From: Octopus vulgaris
Taxonomy: Eukaryota
DNA length: 64,000 nt
Assembly (NCBI GenBank): GCA_951406725.2
Contig: OX597830.1
Coordinates: 3,348,001 to 3,412,000, forward strand
Direction: 5' to 3'
Of this stretch, positions 1 to 12,642 are shown one piece after another (positions within the stretch are counted from its first letter, which is position 1; every line of letters starts with the position of its first letter). The notes under the pieces were generated by a model that was given only the letters and a program-made list of their open reading frames with translations, was not told the origin of the DNA and ran no database searches. The translations under genes and the position numbers were made by a program.

Positions 1-20
1 TAATTTTATAAAAAACATTT

Positions 21-56
21 CAGTACCGGTTTCAGTCAGTGAGATTTTTTCAACTG
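21..56 (-). ncRNA. Minimal type-I hammerhead ribozyme motif (U3-A8 core variant) downstream of the Neptune-like ORF
   Basis: Minus strand reads cag-TTGAAAA-aatc-tcact-gact-GAAA-CCGG-TA-ctg: 3-bp stem I, stem II with one mismatch, palindromic ACCGGT stem III/loop, GUA cleavage triplet. Confidence 0.6.
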
Positions 57-445
57 TAATATTTATTAATATTTATATAAATATTTATATAAATAATTAA
101 ATTTAGAAAAATTAGAAGAAAAGTATTTTTTTAAAAAAGAATATTTGTATAGTGTTCAAATACAAGTGGCATTCTCCTTGTTTCTGCCTGTCTCTATCTC
201 TCTTGTTTACTCTTGTGGGTTCGAGGTCCTTGTGAATTCTTTGTAGGGAAGAAGAAGAAAAAACAGGAAAGAGGAGAAGGGGAATAAGAAGGAGAAGAAT
301 TTGGGAGTGTCATGATAGTAGCATTTTGAATGGTCAGTGGATGGTAGCAGTCCCTGTTCAATTCATGAAAATATTTCTTTAGAATGTTTTGTTTTATAGA
401 ATTTGCGTAGGTGTTATTCTAAAGAGCATTAGTGATTAAGTTAGG

Positions 446-527
446 AAGAAGAAGAAGAAGAAGAAGAAGAAGAAGAAGAAGAAGAAGGAGAAGAAGAAGA
501 AGAAGAAGAAGAGGACGAAGAAGAAAG
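446..527. repeat. (GAA)n microsatellite
   Basis: Read directly from the sequence. Confidence 0.95.
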
Positions 528-572
528 AATCTCTTGAGTGTATCATCTTTAATATTTGCGTGTGTATTTGTG

Positions 573-3250
573 TTATTCTAAGGCCGAGGTGGATATGTCG
601 TTTGTCGTAGACGCGTTCAGAAGGGGCCTGTATTTTGTAATAAAGAGAGTTTTTTTACTAATTCGTTGGCTCCAGGTTGTATCGTCCCTGAAATGGTAGA
701 GGGGAGAAATTCTGAAGCTTGGTGTATTGTTGTTGGCACAAATGTCGATGTGTTGGATGAATGCTATTTTTCTGTTTTGGAGAATTTTTATCTGGGATCT
801 GTGCAGGGCCATTCTTTAAGGTAAACTATTTTTTGTTTGGCCTATATATTGCTCTTGACACCCAGAGCAGGTTAGTGTGTATATCAGATTCTCCGAAGCA
901 CATGTGAAGTTGCTTTTCACTGTGAAACGTTGTCCCTGTTTGAAGGAGAACTCTGATCCCTCAATTAGATAATCGCATATCCCACAATTGGGTCCTCCAT
1001 ATTTTTTTACTGACGGCTTCTGTGTTGTTGAGCGTATTTGGGCTTGTGTTAAGAGACTTTTCATAGATTTGGGCTGTCTCTTACTTTTTATGATGGTGTG
1101 TGTTTGGAGGATTAAGTTCATTCTGTGGTCCTTTTTTTAGCAGGGGTGTGTTTTGGAGGATGGTGTCGAAGGCCTCATTGTTGAGAGGGTTGTGTGTGGA
1201 GATGTATGGTAAGGCTTTTGGTTATACATTTTTCTTTAATTTGGGATGTCTGAGTTTCTGGATGTTAAGTTGAAGGGCACGTTGCATGCATATGTCAATT
1301 AGTGAAGGTGGATGGTTCCTGGTGATGAGTGAATGTATCCTTTAGTTCATGTAGTCGTGTGTCTCTGGTGTTTGCATTAGAAACTATAGTACATATCCTT
1401 TTTGCTAGATTGAAGGGGATATTCATTCTGGTGTGTTTGGGGTCGCATGAATTGAATGGAAGATATAGCTTGGAATCCGTAGGCTTGTAGTATATATCTG
1501 TTTCTATTACGTTATTAGATTTCTTAATGAGAATGTCGAGGAAGGGGAGTTGTTGCTGGCTATATTCCATCGTGAATTGGATGTTTACGTCAAGTCCATT
1601 TAAAAGTGCTTGGAATTCTTTAAGTTTCTCTATATTTTCATGCCAAAGAATGAAAAAGTCATCTAGGTATCTCTTCCAGTTGTTTTCTATGTTGAGGGAG
1701 AAAGCGCTACCGTATCTTTCTAGAACCTTACGATAGAGACTGATTTCTAGATATCCCATGACTAGGTTAGCAAAGGAGGGGCCATTTGCGTACCCATCGC
1801 AGTCCCCGATTTTTGTCGGTAGAAGTTGTCTTTGAAGGCGAAGTAGTTATTTTCCAGGATGAATTTTAGACCTTCTATCACAAATTCTTTTTTGATGCGA
1901 TGTGGGAGTTCGTTGGCGTGATTCTCTAGCCAGAATTGAATTGCCTCTATTCCTAGGTTGTGAGGGATATTGGAATAGAGGTTGACTACATCGAAGGATA
2001 CTAGTAGGGTGTTTTTGTTTATAGTATTAGGCAGGTGATTGAGCATATCCAGGTCGTCCCCTATATAGCTTTTGACATGTTTGAGGAGTGGTTTTAAGAG
2101 GGTATCTAAAAAGTTACTGAGGAGGTGGGTTTCGCATGCGGGACCTGTTATTATAGGTCTCAATGTGAGGTCATTAGGAGTAGGGACTTTAATTATTTTG
2201 TCCGTGGCTATCTTGCATGCGTTACTTATTTTCTCACTTTTGTGTATATTGGGAATACCGTAGAATTGGCTGGTTTTACTTGTGAAATTGGTCATATAGT
2301 CATATTCTTTGTCGATGAGCCCTTCTTTGTATGGGTTTAACATTGATTTTAGTTCTCTCTTTATTTTTTGCTGACTGTAGTTTTGGGCCTTTTCTTAATA
2401 TGTTGTGTCTTCCAACATGGATAGTACTAAAGTTATAAAGTATACTGTGTCCATTAAGACAATTGCACTCCCTTTATCGGCCTCTTTGATTGTTGTTTTG
2501 TCATTTTTTAATTTGTTCAGCTCAGCCCATTCTTTTTTGCTGGAGTTTGGTTTGTGTTTTTGTTTGTGCATATGTTGATATGGGTAATTCGAGATGTGTT
2601 CACAGAAATGATCAAGTGTTTTGTTCTTACCTTTTTTTTTGGGGGGGGGGGTGTAGTTACTCCTATTTCTGACCAACGATTCGTACTCGTTGTATTTGTC
2701 GTATAGCTCCTCAGTACGTCGTAATTTTCTACAGAATTCTGCGATGTCTTCTTTCATTTCATTGTAGTTGGGGTGTTGCGGGGTGGGTGTAAACTTGAGT
2801 CCTTTGGAGAGTATATTGATTTGGTTTGCTGTTAGTTCCTTGTGAATTAGATTGATAATTTTGATCACTTTTGGTTCCTCCTGCTTGTTTGGTGCTATCT
2901 TGTGTCTCTGTGTTTGCGTATTGGGTCTAAAAAATGATTGCGGTGGTTGGGATGGAAGCTATTATGTAGTTGTTCCTTGTTGTTGCGGGGTGCCCTGTTG
3001 TAATTTATGGTGTGTGTTCTTGGAACAGTATCGAAAAATGTGTCCTGATATCCCATATTCGGGTGTGGCGTTTTAGAGGGCCGTCGTTGGTAATTATTGC
3101 GTGTGTTGCGGGTTTGTTGTGCATGGTTGTTTGGCAGGTTGTTGGAACGAAAATTTCGTTGGTAACTCTTTTTTTGTGAGGGGAGGTTGCAGCATCTATC
3201 CTGTGGGTAGTGATTTATCCTTTCTCTGTTTGAAGTTAGGGTACTCCCGA
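573..3250 (-). mobile_element. Decayed Penelope-like retroelement (Neptune-like), frameshifted RT + GIY-YIG ORF, 5' end buried in a microsatellite
   Basis: Consecutive minus-strand ORF pieces: 2395-2868 (LSKGLKFTPTP, KEADKGSAIVLMD); 1762-2343 (RPII, LVSFDVVNLYSNIPH, YRQKSGTAMGTQMAP); 1295-1759 (WKRYLDD, LPFLDI, DIYYKPTD); 816-1121 (Zn-finger-like GPNCGICDY, NFTCASENLIYTLTCSGC..YIGQT); 573-812 (HR.QI...FI..Y.P.LN). Clade is assigned from the Cys linker by recall. Confidence 0.92.
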
Positions 3251-3254
3251 TATT

Positions 3255-3367
3255 ATATACACACACACACATACATACATACATACATACATACATACAT
3301 ACATACATACATACATACACACATATATGTATATGTTTGTGTGCGATTGTGTGTGTGTGTGTATACA

Positions 3368-3432
<65 letters not shown>
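3255..3432. repeat. Compound (CA)n/(TACA)n/(TG)n/(TA)n microsatellite; one of many such tracts (e.g. 10375-10470, 27565-27652, 29107-29300, 44600-44840, 49170-49350, 55295-55460, 55595-55700, 56600-56835)
   Basis: Read directly; these tracts explain the YIYI/HTHT/CVCV pseudo-ORFs. Confidence 0.95.
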
Positions 3433-3434
<2 letters not shown>

Positions 3435-4317
3435 CTGAAATGCGTTTTTACTGCTTGGATCGCTTTCAATGCCACTACATCCCGTCCGATTCGCTCCAAA
3501 ATTTACAGGGACATGTAGAATGAGGTGACGATGCCCGTGGGCTACCTTAGAAATCCCAATCTTAAAAGGTGTGGTTGTTAGGGGCCATCTTCCTCACTCA
3601 CGCTATTTCCTTCATTACCCTCTCACTCCCCTTCAAATATAACTTTGAAAACTCCACTACCGTTATTTAAAGTATCTGTCTTCCTAAAATCAATCTCGCT
3701 ATTTCCTCTCTTTTTCACTCACTCTGTTCCCTACCTTCCCATCACTTCGGCGTTCTTTTATGTATCTGTCTGTCACCAACAACACACGAGCATGAGAACA
3801 AATATTATGAATCAGATATTCTTGCGTTCATTTATGTGTGTGTGTGTGTGTGTGTGTGTTCTATATATAAATCATCATCATCATCATCATCATCGATTAA
3901 CGTCCGTTTTTCGCGCTGTGTGTGTATGTGTTCTATATATAAATATGTATATATAATGTATGTGTGTGTGTTCTATATATATAAATATGTATATATAATG
4001 TATATATACAAAGTGTATTTATCTGTATTTATGTATATTAAACTTTTTCATACTTTTTCATAGATATATATATTTTTAAACAAATTATAAATATAATTTA
4101 ATAAATTTTATTTTCAATTTAAACAATTTAAATTTTTCAATTTTATATTTTATATATTTTCTATATTATATTTTTTTTAATGTTTTTGTTTTTGGTTTTT
4201 CACTGTTTGATTTGCCTATTAGTGGTTTTATCTCTAATTTAGTTTATACAGATATATATCTCATTTGTATACATTTGTATATATAATGCGTGCACACACG
4301 CACACACACACACACAC

Positions 4318-4334
<17 letters not shown>

Positions 4335-4352
<18 letters not shown>

Positions 4353-5552
4353 ATGTGTGCATTACGTAGTCGGTCGATTCAGCTGAAAATATGCACACCT
4401 ATGTTAAAAGTGCTGGCAAGTTTGCATGACAACTACTTTTTTTCCTCAAATGAAAGGCGTCACCTCTTGGACAAAATTCCTCATCTTATAAAATGTGGCC
4501 CCAGTAGACCCGAATGAAATCGGGTTATGTGAAAAGGGGTGAAAAGATGTGAAAAGGGGTCTAAATGGGGCTCAAAGAAGATTAAAATTTAGAGGAGCGG
4601 GTGTTTAGGAATTCTCTGTTACATCAAGCTAAAAAATTTGCGCCAGCCTTTTAATCATCAATGTGTTGCCGTCCATGATAAAGAAGTTTTGAATGCTTGC
4701 CATGGCGAGTCTACTGTCGTGAGAAAGAATCACTTCAAACTTGGTGTTTACGAATTTTCTTTTACATCAAGTTAAACATTTTACGCCAGCCGTTAAACTG
4801 TCAATACGTTGCTGTCCGTCGTTAAGAAATGCCAGCCATGGTGACTCTACTATCCTCAGATTCTATCCCTTCAAACTTTGGTTTCCAATATTTTATTATT
4901 TTTATTCAGCTCGCAAGTTCGTCTGTCCCTTTTAAATGTTAGCGTTTTGCTGTCTGCCTTAAAGCAGACCTTTCCGTTGCCACTGCCTGATATTTATGAT
5001 TGATCTTTCTAAATATTTTATTTCTCAACTTACTCAAGATCTTCTGTTGCTTATAAATGGGAGAGAGATAGATAAAGATAGAGAGTAAGAGAAAGCGAGG
5101 GAGAGTCCGAGAGAAAAGAAAAGTAAGAGAGTGGGAAAGTGAGAGAGAAAGGAGAGAGAAACAAAGAGGGAGAATCATCATCATCATCATCGTTTAACGT
5201 CCGTTTTCCGTGCTAGCACGGGTTGGACAGTGTGACCGGGGTCTGGGAAGCCAGGAGGCTGCACCAGGTTCCAGTCTGATCTGGCAGTGTTTCTACAGGT
5301 GGATGACCTTCCTAACGCCAACCACTCTGTGAGTGTAGTGGGTGCTTTTTTCGTGCCGCCGGCACAGGTGCCAGGGGGGTTCGCAGCGGCAACGATCGAT
5401 TGGTACTTTTTACGTGCCACCGGCACAGAAGCCAGTCAAGGCGGCGCTGCAATCGGCCACGTTCGGTTGGTGCTTTTTACGTGCTGAAAGGAAGCAACAG
5501 AAAGTAACAACCACACTCTTACCCGCGCGTAGAGCGGGTCACCTTGACCTAG
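4335..5552 (+). mobile_element. Non-autonomous Helitron-like element with a nested RTE tail
   Basis: Canonical 3' end: hairpin ACCCGC-gcgtaga-GCGGGT (5521-5539), then CTAG|T (5549-5553). 5' part starts in (TA)n and is CpG-rich, with a diverged ~140-bp internal tandem duplication (4600-4742 / 4743-4878). The 5' boundary is uncertain; 3434-3830 may be a further 5' segment. Confidence 0.55.
5175..5485 (-). mobile_element. RTE-type LINE 3' UTR/tail fragment ending in (GAT)n
   Basis: Same tail as 34275-35132, where it is joined to an RTE ORF C-terminus (..CCAACCC.TGCTAGCA.GGAAA.CGGACGTTAAACGATGATG). Confidence 0.8.
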
Positions 5553-5634
5553 TATATATATAAAACAGAAAAAGACAAGAAGTGCTTATGCAGAAAGGTA
5601 GTTATAGAGAACTCTACTGTGTACTAAACTTAAA

Positions 5635-6124
5635 TACGAGTGTGGGTCAAAAAGTAATGCCATTTTGTTTAGGATAGGTATAATTACCAACACAGGAACG
5701 AGTATCATACTTCTCAACAAAGCCACCGTTTCTCTCAATAGCAATGTTCCACCTTTGAGGGCATGTATGCTTGCCCCGTAAAATTCTGTTGACTGTTCTT
5801 TGAGCCACTTCTTCATCACTGGAATAATGTTTGCCTCTCAAACCCTCTTTCATGGGGCTGAAGAGATGATAGTCCAGTGACAAGGAAGTGAAAACTGTAG
5901 TGAAGAAGTGGCTCATAGAACAGTCAACAGAATTTTATGGGGCAGGGATACATGGTCTCATTCGAAGGTAGAACATTGCTATTGAGAGAAGCGGTGACTA
6001 TGTTGAGAAGTAGGGATGTGATCCACAGAAGACCAGCTTCATTTTGATGTATGATACATGTTCCTGTGTTGGTAATTATACCCGTCCTAAACAAAATGGC
6101 ATTACTTTTTGACTCAGCCTAGTA
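5635..6124. mobile_element. Fold-back mariner derivative made of two 3' ends in inverted orientation
   Basis: Both halves encode the mariner C-terminus (KKWL.EQSTEFYGA.IH..; DYHLFSPMKEGLRGKHYSSDEE; NIAIER.GDYVEK). Ends TACGAGTGTGGGTCAAAAAGTAATGCC and GGCATTACTTTTTGACTCAGCCTAGTA are inverted repeats bounded by TA. Confidence 0.85.
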
Positions 6125-6139
6125 GTGTATTTACAAGAG

Positions 6140-6500
6140 ATTTGATGCATGGCAAGTTGTATGATTGTTGTGCAGTGTGGAATGTTAGTGAAACATGTAA
6201 GTGATGGGGAATGAAATGACCATGTTCTACATTTCATGTGTAATGTTGGTAGGGAAGTGGGGTGGAGCACAAATGAGCCCTGAGAAAAATTAGTACAGGA
6301 GGAATGAGATGTAATGTGTAAGAAAGGAGACTGTACTGATGCAGACATATGATGTTGCTTATGGAGGATGGCATTTTTGTATAGAAATGCTATGCAACCC
6401 AAGTGGAAGAATTATGCAGAAGCAGAAAATATGGAAGAATTGGTGAAGCTGAAAATGAAATTCACTAAAAGATGAAAAAGAATGGTAATAAGTGGTGAGA
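6140..6500 (+). mobile_element. Highly decayed RTE ORF C-terminal remnant
   Basis: Broken translation resembles the RTE C-terminus (GKLY.., MCNV, STNE..EKL, ERRL). Similar remnants lie on the minus strand near 30640-30860, 40100-40310 and 46260-46600. Confidence 0.45.
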
Positions 6501-8599
6501 CATTTGGCTAGAGAACATTCTTCAGACCAAAATTGGTGACACATTCTATTAGAGAAGATGATTCCAACCAAAAGTAGGGAGATATACGGCTAGAAATAAG
6601 AATTACATCAAATGTATGAGTGAGAGACATTTCTAACGAAAAATGGTGAAGCAATGCACTAAGTCAACATCATTTTTCTCTTTCTAAAATCTACAAAACA
6701 AGTAGCAGACACACTCCTAGAATCAATCTAATCCACTAAAACCCTTGAAGTCATGGCTCCAGCATGGTCCCAGTCCATTTCCTGAAACAACAATATATAA
6801 AAGACTAAAGTCTATCAGCCCATGCTGGTGCTGTCCAAGATTGTTAAAATGTTGCTGAAATATTTAGTAAATAACAACTTAAAAGAAAATTCCATTAGTT
6901 TGAAATGTAAATCTAAAACTGATGTTTAAAGGATAAACTTTGTAATTTGTCATTGCCAACTTTATTATTATTATTGTTGTTGTTGTTGTTGTTGTTTCAG
7001 TTCACATTTTTAATGGCACACAGTGTAAATTTACTTGCCATATTGTGTGCAGTTAAATAATAATAAATTTACAATCGAAAACACTCGATATTTATGTTGT
7101 CTAAATTTTAGCATCATTTTTACTGGTTTTGTTCCTTATTTCCTATCTTAGATTAAAGTTCAATAACATATTCTGAAAGTTTATTTGATAGAGATATGAT
7201 TTGTTTAAACAACTTCATACTAACATTTATCAATCTCTTCAGAACAACATTTCGCTTCTCAGAATCTCGACTCCATTTAATTGTTTTTCTTTTCTTTGGC
7301 AACACACCATTTCTTCAAATCTTCAAACTAAAACACAGCAATAGAAATAAAATTTTAAAAGTATACATAGGACTTCATAAATTATGTACATACATAATGG
7401 ACTACTTTCAGAATGTATTTATGCATATTAAAAATATCTACTCCGAAAAGGACATTTCTTGATTTTTCAATTTTGCTTTTTAGTTTGTCTTTTCCTGAGT
7501 GCATTCCATTTGATAAGTTATAGCTGTCAGAAGTTTGGTTTTCACTCCAACTTTTTATACCCTATCAATCAGATTGTCATCTCAACTTCAGTATTGCCTG
7601 ATTTATAAACATCAAAATAAGTCAAGGAAGTGTTTAAATATGAACTTCACCTTAACTGCAGTAGTTTTATGTTTTTCGCTCCTGACACCTTTTGAATAGA
7701 AACATTTTAATCACTTGCACTGCTTCAAGAATTACTTCAAATGAAGCAAGAACAGGAATCTCTAGTCGTATCTTATTCACTCATGGAAACTTGGAAATTT
7801 AAATTTAGCAGCGTGTATCTGTTTGGTTACTTTTAGAATTTACTGAATAACTAATGAAGAGAATATCTCTGACACGGATGACAGAATGAGAATAATTAAA
7901 GCCCCATGGATTTAATAAAGGATTGGATTCAAAATTCCAAGAATGTTACCAAATATGACAGGTGCCTATAAAAAGGCTGGAGGGTATAATGGTAGAATTC
8001 TGTAACAAACATGAAGAGACTCATCAGAATGTATTGATGTATAATAAAAAATAAAATACAGAATGTTCGAAAAGCATGATATCATCAAAAAAAAAAACTT
8101 ATGCCTTGTCTGTGCTTACTTAACTGGTTGGAATATCTTTGAAGTAAACTTTATATTTATAAACTGAAAATATAAAATATTAATGCTGGATTTTAAAAAA
8201 ACCAGTGTTTGATATTTTAAAACTATTTAAATGTTATAATTATTGCCAGTAAACACACAATCACACATACACACACACACACACACACTCACACACACAC
8301 ACAACACATATATACACACTTTCTCTCTCTTCATTTACCTCTCTATCTATGTTATCTTCTTTTTTCTTTATTTGATTATTGTCTTTTCATTATCTTCTCA
8401 ACAAAACAAGTCAAAAGCCACACCAGTGCCTCCTGTGTTTAGAGTGGACAAAGAATGACTCACTCACAACAAATACTGTTTCACATAAATACAATTTCAT
8501 ATCCAAATTCTTACTAAGAAGTGCTTTTGATGTTTGGTAATAGTTTCTAATTCTTGGGGATGCTTAAACATCATGTTTTGCCAAAATCATCACCGTGCT

Positions 8600-8840
8600 T
8601 ATCATCATCATCATCATCATCATTATCGTCGTCATCATCATTTAATGTCCATCTTCCATGCTGGCATGGGTTGGACAGTTTGACTGAATCTGAAGATTCA
8701 GAGGTTTGCATCATGCTTCAACGTCTGCTTTGGCATAGTCTCTGCAACTTAATGCCTTTCCTAATGACAGCCACTTTCCAAAGAATGGATGGGATGCTTT
8801 TTGCTTTTTACGGCATCTGTACTCATGGGGGTACCATGTA
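8600..8840 (-). mobile_element. Diverged RTE 3' tail (another at ~11160-11330)
   Basis: (CAT)n followed by TTAATGTCC..TTCCATGCTGGCATGGGTTGGACAG. Confidence 0.7.
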
Positions 8841-9065
8841 AACATGCAAGGCTTGGAGATGGAAGGCAAAAGAATTGAAGAAGGGGTCATAACAGGACAA
8901 GACTCTTGCTGTGCGGGAGCTGAAGGGCTATTAGGATTAAAGAGGAGTGGGTGAGAGTACCCAGGGTGGAGAGGGAAAGAGATAAATTAGTAATGATTTA
9001 TGCAAGCAGTTAAATGATGATGATGATGACAAAGATGGTGATAGTGATGACGATGTATACAGGTA

Positions 9066-9293
9066 AGGCGGTGAGCTGGAAGAAACGTTAGCATGCCAGG
9101 CGAAATGTGTAGTCGTATTTCGTCTGCCATTACGTTCTGAGTTCAAACTCTGATGAGGTCGACTTTCATCCTTTCGGGGTCGATTAAATAAGTACCAGTT
9201 ATGCACTGGGGTCGATGTAATCGATTTAATCCGTTTGTCTGTCCTTGTTTGTCCTCTCTGTGTTTAGCCGCTTGTGGGGAGTAAAGAAATAGG
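9066..9293 (+). mobile_element. tRNA-like SINE, family 1
   Basis: Head GGCGGTGAGCTGG.AGAA.CGTTAGC, B-box-like GAGTTCAAA, core GAGGTCGACTT..CATCCTTTCGGGGTCGAT.AAATAAGTACCAG; multiple copies in the window. Confidence 0.8.
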
Positions 9294-9814
9294 TGTAGAC
9301 GGGTGATTGAGCTAGACATAGCAAAGTGATACAGATTTAGTTATAACGGTTCATTAAAACCTCAGCACACCACTTCACAGGATGACAGGATTGATCAGGT
9401 ACCTTAGCATAGAGCTGACGGTGAGGTAAACAACACTGAAGGCATCAAATGGTGGTTGGTTACCACTTGATATGCAAATACCAAATTCAATTTAAACCAT
9501 AAATCCAATGACTTTGGGATTGGTCTTGGTGTGGTGCAGATATAAAAAGTAAACAGAAATGGTATTTAAGATTTACAACAATTCTTTCAGTGGAATTTTA
9601 TTAATACATTCGTAGAAGACTACATCAATACATAATATTAACCATCCGACTAATGCTGGATTTTTCCAGATCAGAGTAAGAAATCTCTCCTGTCTGGAAT
9701 CTTACCTGATAATAATGATGGATTCTATGCTATCATGTAATCTTCTATAAGTGAATTAATATAATCCTAACAAAACAACTGTCATAAATTTTAAATGCCA
9801 TTTCATTAGGTGAG

Positions 9815-10070
9815 TACAAGTAAGAATTAGAGCAATTAAATACAGGTAAGAATTAGAATAATTAAATACAGGTAAGAATTAGAATATTTAAATACAGGTA
9901 AGAATTAAAATAATTAAATACAGGTAAGAGTTAGAATAATTAAATACAGGTAAGAGTTAGAATAATTAAATACAGGTAAGAGTTAGAATAATTAAATACA
10001 GGTAAGAATTAAAATAATTAAATACAGGTAAGAGTTAGAATAATTAAATACAGGTAAGAATTAGAACAAT
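9815..10070. repeat. 26-bp minisatellite, ~10 copies (TACAGGTAAGAATTAGAATAATTAAA)
   Basis: Units start at 9815, 9841, 9867 ... 10049. Confidence 0.95.
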
Positions 10071-10373
10071 GAGACCCTCTCAAGTACATTGTGCCAGATT
10101 ACTTTGCTGACTCAAATTTGTTTGGATGTGGAGTCTACAGATGGTGGTGCCAAAGGTGCAGTGAGTGTTCCCATGTGTGATGTTCATGACTTGTTGTGTA
10201 TTCATTCAGCCACATGTGAATAACTGGAAAACAAATCCATGTTTACTTCAGTAAGTACGTATTTGTCATTATAAAGGTTTTTACTCAGTCACTACCTAGG
10301 TGCTTTCATTATTCAAAGACCTGATTCTCTTGAATCCTGGAAATTTTACACATACATATATGTATATACTCAC

Positions 10374-10470
<97 letters not shown>

Positions 10471-12449
10471 TCAAAAACGCAATAGAGGGAATTAAAATAT
10501 TCGGACAGATAGATGATGCAAAGACAGACAAGAGAAACAACAAATAGAAAGACAGGCAAAAAAAGACAGGTCATTCTTGGTTTTCTTTCATCAGTCAGTT
10601 ACCAGAAGTCTCGACCATTTCGGGCAGTTACACTTGAGATGGTTCAATCTGGTTGCACCCACAAAAAGTCTAAGCTAAGAGCATTAGACCCCCTTTGTAA
10701 GAAAGCTAGCGAATGTGTATGGCAACAAAGACAAAACACATGCATATATATATATGTGTATTATGTGTGTGTGTGTATGCATGTATGTATATGTATGAGT
10801 ATGTAGAGACTACTAATGTGTCACATTTATTAACAAACAGGTGAGAAATTTGATTAATGTCTGCTGTCTTCTGATCTATCGAGAAAAAGACAAATTGGTT
10901 TTATTGTCAATGACTTAGTCTAAATTTGTTGCTGGTAGTTTTACATTTGTAATTTGGGAATTTTTCATATTTCTGAAATAAATTTAAATGTGAACAGAGA
11001 AAATAGATTAACTGAAATATTTATTGCTTCAATTGTAATGAAAAGACTTCTTAATTTTGGGAAAGTGAACAAATCATAACAAGTTCACATGAAATTGTAA
11101 ATATTAATTGTTCCTGGCAAAATATTTGAGACAGAATTCATATGTGCAAACAATCCTCCTCATCATCTTTTAATGTCCATCTTCTATGCTGGTATGGGTT
11201 GGACAGTTTGCCAGGAACACATAGGTTTCTAGATTATATCATGTTCCACTGTCTGCTTTGGAATTGCTTCTACACTTGCATGACCCTTCTAATGTCTCTA
11301 CAGCTGAAGGACCTTCTTAATGCCAGTGCTACTAAACACCACTTAATGACTTTTGCTAAAACCTCAGTTTCTTTTTGCTTTTTTGCTGTTAATTGTAATT
11401 TTTTCTATTCTCTAATTATTTCTAATCATTTCTCTCTAATTATTTCTACTCTCTAATTAGTCATTGGCAATTTTAATTACTATTCTATCTCTCAATAAGT
11501 AATCGTGGTAATAGTATGGGTCAGGGGAGGGTGCATGCACTTTAACAGCATCCACCATCTGTTAATGGTTCCCTACTCCTGGCAAAGGATACTTTTGCAC
11601 TGCCCAGGCGACACCCTCTTCCCCAACCTATGGGTCTGTTTGGGCAGCCATTGCTGATGAGGCTCTTCCAAGGTGAGAATGCAAATCCTACTTCAACCTC
11701 TTTTAGTTGGCTCTTATAACAGGCAGAGGAAACATTGGGTCAATTCTTGGACATGCCAGTCCCCACAGAGCACATCCAAATTGATAAATAATTTTAATGC
11801 GATTTATTTTCGGATTAATTGTTGTTAATTTTAATGCCCTTCCATTTCATTAATTACTAAATATATTGTTATTAATTTTAATGTCGACCCTGTCTGTGAT
11901 TACTAGAATATGTCCTAGTTTTTTGTTCATAAGCAGAGAGACAGACAGACAGGCAGGCAGTTGTGTGGAAGCATCCACATAAACTGCTTTACAGTATATA
12001 ATGTAGATGTTTCATGATTCAAACAGGAAATTCCATCTAATTCTACAATGTTCAATTTCTTTGTACTAAACGAAATAAATGCCATTAATCTGCAGTCATC
12101 TCCATTAGATATTGCCAGAGACACAGGAAGACCAAAAACAGGAAATGATCGAACAACATTGAGGAATAAACAAGGAAGAATTTTCTAGAACAAAAACAAA
12201 ATGTGAAGCTGGGAGATGAGAGGGTAAAATAGAAGAAAGAAGTGATGTCTCTTGCTTCACCTCCCCCCATGGTAAAGAGGTGTTAATTAAAAGTTATTTA
12301 GAAAAGAGTAAGTTTAGATTATTATAGAAGTATTTTATCAGAGTCTATAGCCAGAGATTTGGTTTAGTTAATCATAAAGAATACATCTTTTACAGTGAAA
12401 GTCTGTGATAAGCTTTCTTGGTTGATTAAATGATGTTCTTAAAAATTAG

Positions 12450-12642
12450 TTTCAAATTTTGGCACAAGGCCCGTAATTGCAGAGGAAGAGCTAAGTCAAT
12501 TACATCGACCCTAGTATGCAACTGGAATTTATTTTATCAAACCTGAAAGAATGAAAGGCAAAATTGACCTTGTTGGAATTTGAACTCAGAACATAAAGAT
12601 AGACGAAATGCTCTAAGAATGATTCAGCCAACTTTCCCCCTT
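12450..12642 (-). mobile_element. SINE family 1 (diverged); another at ~13160-13358
   Basis: Reverse complement matches 9066-9293 and 17320-17540. Confidence 0.75.

Noticed and set aside
9149-9190. CTGATGAG as a hammerhead core
   Set aside because: It is a point variant inside a SINE (other copies read CACTGAGG), with no properly placed GAAA/UH.
9815-10070. Regularly spaced repeats as a CRISPR array
   Set aside because: Units are head-to-tail with no unique spacers, the context is eukaryotic, and there are no cas genes.
10575-10650. Minus-strand GAAA..TC..CTGATGA as a type-II hammerhead
   Set aside because: Stems I and II cannot be paired convincingly.
11515-11775. GC-richer segment with CTGATGAG as a hammerhead or HDV-like ribozyme from an RTE 5' UTR
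   Set aside because: Neither fold could be completed by eye; needs a covariance-model search.
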